From contig NZFW01000017.1 in assembly GCA_002690805.1 (NCBI GenBank), positions 958-64,957 on the forward strand: a stretch of 64,000 nt of DNA, read 5' to 3'. The notes below the pieces were generated by a model. That model had not been told where the DNA came from. It ran no database searches and saw nothing but the letters and a program-made list of their open reading frames with translations. The translations under genes were made by a program, and so were the position numbers. The stretch is from Flavobacteriaceae bacterium (GTDB taxonomy: Bacteria; Bacteroidota; Bacteroidia; Flavobacteriales; Flavobacteriaceae). Shown here one piece after another: positions 21,443-33,047 of this stretch (positions are counted from its first letter, which is position 1; the number at the start of each line of letters is the position of its first letter).

Positions 21443-22159
21443 CTAACCTTTGTCAATTATAAAAATCGTTGGGCGTTTGTTTATGTTAATGAGGTTTTTA
21501 TTTCTCCAATTTCCTACTGAATCAGAAACAATTTCTTCAGTATCTAGACTTAAGTCAGTTGCCAAGCAAAGTTTAGTTGTGCTCGATAAGGTTTTAATTA
21601 GATCTTTTACTAATGTATCATTTCTGTATGGAGTTTCGATAAATATTTGTGATTGATTTTCTTTAATTGCTTTTTTTTCAAAAAATTTAATTTTTTTTAT
21701 TTTTTGAGCTTTATCAATTGGGAGGTATCCATTAAATGCAAAATTTTGACCATTCATTCCTGAAGCCATAAGAGATAAAATTATAGATGATGGACCTACT
21801 AAAGGTCTGATTTTTATTTTTAGTTGATGTGCTTTTGCAACTATATTACTGCCTGGGTCAGCAATACTTGGACATCCAGCATCAGAAATTAATCCTGTAG
21901 ATTCGCCCTCAAGACATTTTTTTAGGAAAGTATCTGCATCAAATAATGATGTGTGTTTGTTTAAAGTAAAAAATACTAATTTTTCTTGATTCTTATTAGG
22001 AGAAACTAGCTTGATAAATTTTCTAGCAGCTTTTTGATTTTCAACAATAAAATAATCTAATTTTTCTATTATAAACTTAATATTATTTGGGATGTTATTA
22101 TCAATAATATCATTACCAATAGTGTTGGGAATTAGAAATAGCTCACCCTTATTAATCAT
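21443..22159 (-). CDS. SAM-dependent methyltransferase, tetrapyrrole-methylase (RsmI-like) fold
   Basis: 238 aa; ISDAGCPSIADPG and the overall layout resemble RsmI-type methylases. Confidence 0.7.
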   Translation of the reverse strand: MINKGELFLIPNTIGNDIIDNNIPNNIKFIIEKLDYFIVENQKAARKFIKLVSPNKNQEKLVFFTLNKHTSLFDADTFLKKCLEGESTGLISDAGCPSIADPGSNIVAKAHQLKIKIRPLVGPSSIILSLMASGMNGQNFAFNGYLPIDKAQKIKKIKFFEKKAIKENQSQIFIETPYRNDTLVKDLIKTLSSTTKLCLATDLSLDTEEIVSDSVGNWRNKNLININKRPTIFIIDKG

Positions 22160-22580
22160 TCTTTAAAAGTTTGTTAGCAATTTTAACACATGCTTTATCT
22201 ATTAAATCGTAGCAGTCTTTAAACTCTTTTATTCCGCCGTAGTAAGGATCAGGAACATCCTTATTTTTTATAAGAAGCTTGACTTTTGAGTAATTTTTAG
22301 GATTAGTTGATAATGATAATATGTCTTTTAAGTTTGTATTATCCATAACATAAATATGATCGAAGTTCTCAAAATCCTTAACATTAAATTGTCTAGATTT
22401 TTGACTACTAATATCAATTTTATTTTTTTTTGTTATATCAATGCTTCTTAAATCAGGTTTTTCTCCATGATGAAGTGAAGAGATACCAGCAGAGTCAACT
22501 TTAAATAGGGATTTTGGAAGATATTTTGTAAGTATGCCCTCCGCAATTGGAGATCGACATATATTACCTAAACAGACCAT
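22152..22580 (-). CDS. low-molecular-weight protein-tyrosine phosphatase
   Basis: The CLGNICRSP P-loop (CX5R) sits at residues 3-11, and DPYY provides the general-acid Asp. The start is uncertain; see the findings. Confidence 0.85.
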   Translation of the reverse strand: MVCLGNICRSPIAEGILTKYLPKSLFKVDSAGISSLHHGEKPDLRSIDITKKNKIDISSQKSRQFNVKDFENFDHIYVMDNTNLKDILSLSTNPKNYSKVKLLIKNKDVPDPYYGGIKEFKDCYDLIDKACVKIANKLLKND

Positions 22581-22609
22581 TAGGATTCGTATAGAATTTT
22601 TTGTTAGAT

Positions 22610-24037
22610 TTATATAGTTAATTTTTGATTTAAATCTTCAACATATTTTCTAAACTGCTTGTCAGTAAAGCTTAAATTATCAACAGTTTTACAGGCATGT
22701 AAAACTGTAGCGTGATCTCTTTTACCAATTTGAGAACCTATACTAGCAAGAGATGCTTTTGTGAACTTCTTTGCAAAATACATTGCTAATTGTCTTGCCT
22801 GAACAATGTGTCGCTTTCTTGTTTTTGACTGAAGGGTTGATACATCCATTTGAAAATATTCTGAAACTATTTTTTGGATGTAATCAATTGAAACTTCTCT
22901 CTTTGTATTTTTCACGAATTTATTTACAATTTCTTTAGCTAATTGAATTGTAATTTCTACCTTATTAAATGAAGATTGAGCTATTAGTGAAATAATTGCA
23001 CCTTCAAGTTCTCTTATGTTTGTTTTGATATTTTTAGCAACATACTCAATAATACTTTCTTCAATTGATACTCCATCTCTAAAAAGCTTATTTTTAATGA
23101 TGGAAACTCGGGTTTCATAATCTGGAGATTGAAGCTCAGCTGATAGTCCCCATTTAAACCTAGATAATAATCTTTGTTCTATATCCTGCATATCTACAGG
23201 TGCTTTGTCTGAAGTTAGAATCACTTGCTTTCCGTTTTGATGTAAATGATTAAAAATGTGAAAGAAAACATCTTGAGTTCCTGATTTTCCTGACAAGAAC
23301 TGAACATCATCAATAATTAAAATATCAATTACTTGGTAAAAATGTATGAAATCATTTCTAGAGTTTTTCTTGATGGATTCTATATATTGTTGTGTAAATT
23401 TTTCGGCTGAAATGTATAATACAGTTTTGTCTGGATACTTATCTTTAATGTCAACTCCTATTGCGTGTGCTAAATGTGTTTTACCTAGTCCAACTCCACC
23501 AAAAATTAATAATGGATTAAATGATGTCCCTCCAGGTTTACTAGCTACAGCAAGACCTGCAGATCTAGCTAGTCTGTTAGCATCGCCTTCTAAAAAGTTA
23601 TCAAAACTGTAGTTTGGGTTTAGTTGAGATTCAATTTCAAGATTTCTTATTCCTGGAATTACAAAAGGATTTTTTAATTTTTCACTTCTAGAATATATTG
23701 GAGCAGAAACTTCCTGGGGTTTTAAAGAGTCTCTATTATTACTTGGAATACTTTCAGTAAAGGGTTGTTTGTTTCCAAAGGTATTTTCCATTTTTATCAC
23801 ATATAATAAACGAGCATCTGGCCCCAATTGTTTAATCAAAGCTGATTTTAAAAGACCCACATAGTGTTCTTCTAACCATTCGTAAAAAAACTTACTAGGA
23901 ACTTGAATACTTATTACATTTTTGGAAAGTTTAATCACTTCGATAGGTTCAAACCAAGTTTTGAAAGCTTGTGGTGGAATATTATCTTTGATAAAAGATA
24001 GACAGTTGTTCCAGACCTCAGATTTTATAGAATTCAT
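22610..24037 (-). CDS. dnaA: chromosomal replication initiator protein DnaA
   Basis: 475 aa with AAA+ Walker A GGVGLGKTHL, the IDDVQFL box and the C-terminal DNA-binding domain (RQLAMYF, DHATVLHA). Confidence 0.97.
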   Translation of the reverse strand: MNSIKSEVWNNCLSFIKDNIPPQAFKTWFEPIEVIKLSKNVISIQVPSKFFYEWLEEHYVGLLKSALIKQLGPDARLLYVIKMENTFGNKQPFTESIPSNNRDSLKPQEVSAPIYSRSEKLKNPFVIPGIRNLEIESQLNPNYSFDNFLEGDANRLARSAGLAVASKPGGTSFNPLLIFGGVGLGKTHLAHAIGVDIKDKYPDKTVLYISAEKFTQQYIESIKKNSRNDFIHFYQVIDILIIDDVQFLSGKSGTQDVFFHIFNHLHQNGKQVILTSDKAPVDMQDIEQRLLSRFKWGLSAELQSPDYETRVSIIKNKLFRDGVSIEESIIEYVAKNIKTNIRELEGAIISLIAQSSFNKVEITIQLAKEIVNKFVKNTKREVSIDYIQKIVSEYFQMDVSTLQSKTRKRHIVQARQLAMYFAKKFTKASLASIGSQIGKRDHATVLHACKTVDNLSFTDKQFRKYVEDLNQKLTI

Positions 24038-24226
24038 CTATTTGGTTAATGTGAAATGTTTAAAAAAATGTTTTTTTACTAATTAATCAGTCATTGCAAA
24101 TATTAATTAAAAAAAAATAAAAAAAAAGACGATTTTCTATTGACTTTTACAAAATATTTTTTGACATTATAGACCTTGATTATTTAATAATTAAATCTAA
24201 CGCAATATATAATTTTTGTGATATAA

Positions 24227-24625
24227 ATGAAATATTTTTCTGAACCATTTAGAGTTAAATATTCAGATACAGATCAAATGGGTTATATGCATCATTCAAA
24301 TTATCTTCGTTTTTTTGAAAATGCAAGAATTTCATGGCTGAGAGATCTTGGTGTTTCGTATAAAAATATGGAAAAAGATGGCATCTTGATGCCTGTTGTT
24401 GCATCCTCTCTTAAACATATAAAACCTGCTTTTTTTGATGATCAATTATACATACAAATAATTCTTGAAAGATTACCAAAAGCATCTTTAGAGTTCTCCT
24501 ATGTAGTCCTAAATCAAAATGAAGATACTATTTGTAGAGGATACACTAAATTAGCGTTTTTAAAATCTAATTCACAAAAACCAATTAGGTGTCCAGATTT
24601 CATTTATAAATTGTTTGATAAATGA
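24227..24625 (+). CDS. YbgC/4HBT-family acyl-CoA thioesterase
   Basis: 132 aa with VKYSDTDQMGYMHHSNYLRFFE, the 4HBT catalytic Asp context. Confidence 0.75.
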   Translation: MKYFSEPFRVKYSDTDQMGYMHHSNYLRFFENARISWLRDLGVSYKNMEKDGILMPVVASSLKHIKPAFFDDQLYIQIILERLPKASLEFSYVVLNQNEDTICRGYTKLAFLKSNSQKPIRCPDFIYKLFDK

Positions 24626-25647
24626 TTTCTTGAAATATATAACTTATCCACATTTATTTTTTTTTCTATCCATGAAATACCTCTAATTGATGGAGATTTA
24701 ATACCATTTTCAATTTTCTTTTCTCCAACAAGTAATCTTGCCTCATCCCAAAAATTTGAATCTATAAATTTTTGAATTGTTATTCTTCCTCCCTCGATTA
24801 AGATGGAACTAATATTATCTTTATATAAATTAGACAAAAGTTCCTTTATACTATTATTAAAATCTATTTTAATACTTCGATGGTTGCTTTCAACGATTTT
24901 TTTATCAATAAAATGATAAATTTTTTTATGCCTTTTTAAAAGTTTTGAATTTAGGTTTAATTTATTTTTTGGATCAATTACCACTGGATATGGAGATTTG
25001 CCTGTCCAAAATCTATTAGTTAGTTCAGGGTCGTCATTATTAATAGTATTTATACCAACTGCAATCGTATCTTCTTCAGATCTCCATTTATGTGAAATAA
25101 TATTAGTTTGTTTAGATGTAATCCAAAATATCGAACCTTTAATTTGATTATGAGGAGAGATGTAACCGTCAGCAGATTCTGCCCATTTTAGAATTATATA
25201 TGGACGCTTTTTTAAATGATAACAAAAAAATCTTTTGTTTAGCTCCATACATTCTTTCTCTAAGACCCCTAACGTAATATTTATTTTATTTTTTTTTAAT
25301 TTTTCAATTCCTTTTCCTGAAACTTTTGAATTTGGATCAATTGATCCAATAACTACATTTGGTATATTTTCTTCAATTATTAAATCTGTGCAAGGTGGGG
25401 TTTTACCATAATGGTTACATGGCTCTAAATTTACATATAGAGTAGATTTTTTTAAAAGTTTCTTATCCTTTACATTCTTAATGGCTTCAACCTCAGCATG
25501 ACTATAACCAAAACCTTTATGATACCCCTCGCCAATAATTCTATTGTTAAATACAATAACACATCCTACCATTGGGTTTGGAGAAGTTTTACCTTTTCCT
25601 TTTTTTGCAAGAAGCAAACATCTACTCATTAATAACTTTTGATTCAT
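24604..25647 (-). CDS. ribD: bifunctional riboflavin biosynthesis deaminase/reductase RibD
   Basis: 347 aa with the deaminase zinc motifs HAEVEA and PCNHYGKTPPC, plus a C-terminal reductase domain. Confidence 0.92.
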   Translation of the reverse strand: MNQKLLMSRCLLLAKKGKGKTSPNPMVGCVIVFNNRIIGEGYHKGFGYSHAEVEAIKNVKDKKLLKKSTLYVNLEPCNHYGKTPPCTDLIIEENIPNVVIGSIDPNSKVSGKGIEKLKKNKINITLGVLEKECMELNKRFFCYHLKKRPYIILKWAESADGYISPHNQIKGSIFWITSKQTNIISHKWRSEEDTIAVGINTINNDDPELTNRFWTGKSPYPVVIDPKNKLNLNSKLLKRHKKIYHFIDKKIVESNHRSIKIDFNNSIKELLSNLYKDNISSILIEGGRITIQKFIDSNFWDEARLLVGEKKIENGIKSPSIRGISWIEKKINVDKLYISRNHLSNNL

Positions 25648-25708
25648 TAGTATTTAGATATTGTTTCAGTAATTTTATAGTTATAAAATTAAATTAAAAT
25701 TTGATTTA

Positions 25709-26184
25709 ATGAATATTAGAGAAATAAAACTTGAAGACAACATTCATATATCAACAGTTATAAGAAAAGTAATTGTTGAGTTAAAAGCACCTAAAACTGG
25801 AACTGCTTTCGCAGATCCTGAACTAGACCATTTAAGTATTGCTTATAAAGGAAACAGATCAATATACTTTATCATTGAAAATAATGATAAAATTTTAGGA
25901 GGTGCAGGAATAAATCCTTTAAGAAATTCTGATGAATTCATATGTGAGTTGCAAAAAATGTATTTTATTGAAACTGCTAGAGGAAAGGGTTGGGGAGAAA
26001 AAATGATTGATAAATGTTTGACTTATGCTATTGATAAAGGATATAAATTTTGTTACATAGAAACTATGGATTTTATGAAGGCAGCTCAAAAACTTTATTT
26101 AAAAAAGGGTTTTGATTTTATAAGCAAACCCATGGGTAATACGGGTCACACTAATTGTAATGTTTGGATGATAAAAAAACTAAA

Positions 26185-26188
<4 letters not shown>
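25709..26188 (+). CDS. GNAT family N-acetyltransferase
   Basis: 159 aa with the ARGKGWGEKMI acetyl-CoA motif. Confidence 0.7.
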
Positions 26189-29548
<3,360 letters not shown>

Positions 29549-29552
<4 letters not shown>

Positions 29553-29682
29553 ATTTAATTCACACGGTGTTGCCCTCATAACTCCATTTGATAAGACAGT
29601 CAAAATTTTTGTAAAAATTATTATGGATTACTACTTATGTCAGTTTTTAACATCACAATCAATAAAATTAAAAAAGAGTTAA
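29549..29682 (+). pseudogene. possible relic of the dapA (4-hydroxy-tetrahydrodipicolinate synthase) N-terminus
   Basis: ATG at 29549 reads MNLIHTVLPS-stop. One frame over, 29566-29595 encodes GVALITPFDK, the conserved DapA N-terminal motif, followed by a weakly DapA-like VKIIMDYYL and a stop at 29680-29682. Only about 130 nt remain. Confidence 0.3.
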
Positions 29683-29750
29683 TTTTTTTTAAATAGTTAA
29701 TCTAGTATTTTTATTTGCTATAATACATATAGATTTGTTATTTTTGCAAA

Positions 29751-30572
29751 ATGATCAATTTTCATAAATACTTCATAATTTTTTCTTTCACAATAATATT
29801 TTTTAGTTGTAGTGAATATCAAAAGCTTTTAAATAGTGAGGATGTATCTGTCAAATACAAAGCTGCTGAGAAGTTATATAATGAAGCTGAGTACAGAAAA
29901 GCAAACAGGTTATTTGAAATGATAGCACCAAAATATAGAGGAAAGCCCCAAGCAGAAAGAGTTATTTTTTTTTTAGCAGACACCTATATGAAAACGAAGA
30001 GTTATCTTTTGTCAGCTTATGAATTTGAAAAATTTACCAAATCCTATCCTAAAAGCCAAAAAGTTCAGGAGGCCCTATTTTTAGAAGCAAAATCCTATTA
30101 CTTTTTATCACCTGAGTTTAGTTTAGATCAGGATGACACTCAAACAGCACTCGATAAACTCCAAATATTCATTAATAAATTTCCAAAATCTAAATTTATT
30201 GAAGAGGCGAACATTCTTGTCATTGAAATGCAAACTAAATTAGAAAAAAAAGATTTTGAGATTTCAAAACAATATTACACCATAAGAGATTATAAATCTG
30301 CAATTAAAGCTTTAGATAATTTTATTGCTAATTATCCGGGAACACCATTTAGAGAAGGCGCCATGTATTACGAGTTTTTGGCTTCTTACGAAATTGCAAT
30401 TAATAGTATCTATGAAAAACAAGAGAAAAGACTTCAAGACCTTTTGCTTCTTTATGCGAATATCATGAGATATTATCCTGAAACAATATATTCTGAAGAT
30501 TTAAATAGTAAATACAAAAAAATAAATGACATTTTACAATCACTCCAAAATAAAAATTCAATAACAATTTAA
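29751..30572 (+). CDS. bamD: outer membrane protein assembly factor BamD (TPR lipoprotein)
   Basis: 273 aa with a lipoprotein signal (FFSC), a TPR-like helical repeat composition, and the conserved bamD-rpoZ-coaBC synteny. Confidence 0.75.
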   Translation: MINFHKYFIIFSFTIIFFSCSEYQKLLNSEDVSVKYKAAEKLYNEAEYRKANRLFEMIAPKYRGKPQAERVIFFLADTYMKTKSYLLSAYEFEKFTKSYPKSQKVQEALFLEAKSYYFLSPEFSLDQDDTQTALDKLQIFINKFPKSKFIEEANILVIEMQTKLEKKDFEISKQYYTIRDYKSAIKALDNFIANYPGTPFREGAMYYEFLASYEIAINSIYEKQEKRLQDLLLLYANIMRYYPETIYSEDLNSKYKKINDILQSLQNKNSITI

Positions 30573-30576
30573 AATT

Positions 30577-30906
30577 ATGAATAAGTATAGAAATTCCAAG
30601 GCAGCTGTCAGCTCAAAAACTTATGATAGAAACTCCATAGAGTCTCAAACCCATAATATTTATGAAGCATTATCGATAATTGCTAAAAGATCAAATCAGA
30701 TTAATGTAGACATAAAAAAAGAACTTCATGAAAAGCTTGAAGAATTTGCAACTCACAATGATAGTTTAGAAGAAATTTTTGAAAATAAAGAACAAATTGA
30801 GGTTTCTCGTTTTTATGAAAGATTACCAAAGCCACACGCAATTGCTGTTGAGGAGTGGTTAAATGAAAATATTTATCATCGCAAGTCAGACGATCCTAAA
30901 ATTTAA
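30577..30906 (+). CDS. rpoZ: DNA-directed RNA polymerase subunit omega (Bacteroidota long form)
   Basis: 109 aa; NIYEALSIIAKRSNQIN and EEIFENKEQIEVSRFYERLPKPHAIAVEEWL match the flavobacterial omega as I remember it. Confidence 0.65.
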   Translation: MNKYRNSKAAVSSKTYDRNSIESQTHNIYEALSIIAKRSNQINVDIKKELHEKLEEFATHNDSLEEIFENKEQIEVSRFYERLPKPHAIAVEEWLNENIYHRKSDDPKI

Positions 30907-30911
30907 TTTAG

Positions 30912-32123
30912 ATGTTATCGCTAGAATCTAAGAAAATACTTTTAGGGATTTCAGGAGGTATAGCGGCCTACAAAACACCAATTTTAGTCAGACTTTTAAA
31001 AAAGAGTGGTGCAAATGTTCGTGTAATAATGACTGAATCTGCAAAAGATTTTGTTTCACCTCTAACTCTTCAGGTACTTTCACAAAATCCTGTTTTATCC
31101 AGCTTTAAAAATGAAACATTTGATAACCCTCAATGGAACAATCATGTTGAACTTGCAAATTGGGCTGATCTATTTGTTATAGCTCCAGCTACATCAAACA
31201 CATTATCATCAATGGCAAATGCAAAATGTAATAATTTGCTTATAGCTTCATATTTATCAGCTGTTTGTCCAGTAATCGTTGCTCCCGCAATGGATCTAGA
31301 TATGTATTATCATCCAGCAAACAAAAAAAACATTCAAAAACTTATTACCTATGGAAATACGGTTCTTCCTGTTGCTGAAGGATTTTTAGCTAGTGGTTTA
31401 AACGGCAAGGGTAGAATGTTGGAACCTGAGCTCATAGTTAAAAAAATTACATCCTATTTTAAAGAATCTCTACCACTTAAAGGAAAAAAAATAATTGTAA
31501 CTGCAGGACCAACATACGAATCTATTGATCCAGTACGTTTTATTGGCAATTACTCTTCTGGTAAAATGGGATATGAAATTGCAAAACAAGCAATAAGACT
31601 TGGTGCTAAAGTTAAATTAATAATCGGACCAAATACTTTAAATTTTGATAATTTTGATGGAGAATTGACAAGAATTGTATCTGCACTTGATATGTACAAT
31701 GAATCTATTTCTGCTTTCAAAGAGTGTGATATTTTTATAGGAGCAGCAGCTGTATCTGATTTTTTACCTAAAAATATAATGCCATCAAAAATAAAAAAAG
31801 AAAATGATTTAAAATCAATTGATTTAATTCAAACCAAGGACATATTATTTGAACTTGGTCAAATAAAAAAAAAGAGTCAATTATTAATTGGCTTTGCACT
31901 TGAAACTGAAAATGAAATTATTAACGCACAAAAAAAAATTAAATCAAAAAATTTAAATGCAATTGTTTTAAATTCACTTAAAGATAAAAATGCAGGATTT
32001 ACTTTTGACACAAATAAAATTACATTTATAAATAACAATGGTAAGTCAAAATCTTTTGATTTAAAGAGTAAATCTGATGTTGCAATAGATATAATGAAGG
32101 AAATAATTAATATAAATGAATAA
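30912..32123 (+). CDS. coaBC: bifunctional phosphopantothenoylcysteine decarboxylase / phosphopantothenate-cysteine ligase
   Basis: 403 aa with an N-terminal flavoprotein domain (GISGGIAAYK) and a C-terminal CoaB domain (VTAGPTYESIDPVRFIGNYSSGKMG). Confidence 0.93.
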   Translation: MLSLESKKILLGISGGIAAYKTPILVRLLKKSGANVRVIMTESAKDFVSPLTLQVLSQNPVLSSFKNETFDNPQWNNHVELANWADLFVIAPATSNTLSSMANAKCNNLLIASYLSAVCPVIVAPAMDLDMYYHPANKKNIQKLITYGNTVLPVAEGFLASGLNGKGRMLEPELIVKKITSYFKESLPLKGKKIIVTAGPTYESIDPVRFIGNYSSGKMGYEIAKQAIRLGAKVKLIIGPNTLNFDNFDGELTRIVSALDMYNESISAFKECDIFIGAAAVSDFLPKNIMPSKIKKENDLKSIDLIQTKDILFELGQIKKKSQLLIGFALETENEIINAQKKIKSKNLNAIVLNSLKDKNAGFTFDTNKITFINNNGKSKSFDLKSKSDVAIDIMKEIININE

Positions 32124-32997
32124 GCTTTTATTTTTTATAATTTGTTCTTTTGCTTCTTATGCTCAAGAACTAAGGTGTGAAGTGATTATAAATTCAGATC
32201 TAGTTAATCAAACTAACCAGCAGATTTTTTCAACTCTGCAACAATCAATCCAAGAGTTTATGAATTCACAAGTTTGGACTTCACAAAATTGGAACTCTGA
32301 AGAAAAAATTAATTGTAGTTTAATTCTAAATTTAACAGATTACAATGATGATAAATTTAAAGGAACTTTACAGGTTCAATCTCAAAGGACTGTTTATGAT
32401 ACTAATTACAGCAGTCCAATTCTTAATTTTCAGGATCTTGACATAAGTTTTAATTACCAAGAGTTTCAACCCTTATTTTATAATTCTAATGTTTATGAAT
32501 CAAATTTAATTTCAATCCTCAGTTTTTATGCATATATTATCATTGGTCTAGATGCTGACACTTTTAAACTCAAAGGAGGTGAGTTGTTTTTTTCATTTGC
32601 CCAAAAAATATCAAATTTAGCTCAACAAAGCAATAATAGTGGCTGGCTTTCTTCTGGAAATAGAAAAAATAGATATTGGTTAGTTGACTCAATTCTTTCT
32701 AATGCATTTTTGGACTTTAGAATAACTTACTATAAATATCATAGAAATGGTCTTGATCTCATGACTAAAGATCAAATTAAAGCTAAAACTAATTTAGCAG
32801 GTAGTTTAATTCATTTAAGTGATTTAAACAATAGAAGACCGAATTCTTTTTTAATCCAAATGTTTTTTGATGCTAAATCTCAAGAGATTGTAAATGTTTT
32901 TTCGGAAGGTCCTACGGTTGACATTATATCAACAAGGAATATATTAAAAAATATTGCTCCTTTTTTTAATAATAAATGGAAGGAAATTAAGAGTTAA
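32116..32997 (+). CDS. DUF4835 family protein (PorD-like, T9SS-associated in some annotations)
   Basis: 293 aa with a signal peptide and an N-terminus ELRCEVIINSDLVNQTNQQIFSTLQQSIQEFMN typical of DUF4835. Conserved position between coaBC and recN. Confidence 0.65.
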   Translation: MNKLLFFIICSFASYAQELRCEVIINSDLVNQTNQQIFSTLQQSIQEFMNSQVWTSQNWNSEEKINCSLILNLTDYNDDKFKGTLQVQSQRTVYDTNYSSPILNFQDLDISFNYQEFQPLFYNSNVYESNLISILSFYAYIIIGLDADTFKLKGGELFFSFAQKISNLAQQSNNSGWLSSGNRKNRYWLVDSILSNAFLDFRITYYKYHRNGLDLMTKDQIKAKTNLAGSLIHLSDLNNRRPNSFLIQMFFDAKSQEIVNVFSEGPTVDIISTRNILKNIAPFFNNKWKEIKS

Positions 32998-33047
32998 ATT
33001 ATAAATTAATCTTTATCTAGATTATATTTGACATTTAAATATTTATT

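Noticed and set aside
24643-24651. A perfect DnaA box (TTATCCACA) about 420 nt from the dnaA-upstream spacer.
   Set aside because: It is a single copy lying inside the ribD coding region (encoding V-D-K). My rough composition-based estimate is that about one such 9-mer is expected by chance in 64 kb on two strands. It is not evidence for oriC without a cluster.
25648-25708. A possible FMN riboswitch upstream of ribD.
   Set aside because: Only 61 nt of very AT-rich spacer is available, which is too short for an FMN aptamer (well over 100 nt), and it lacks the conserved GC-rich helices.
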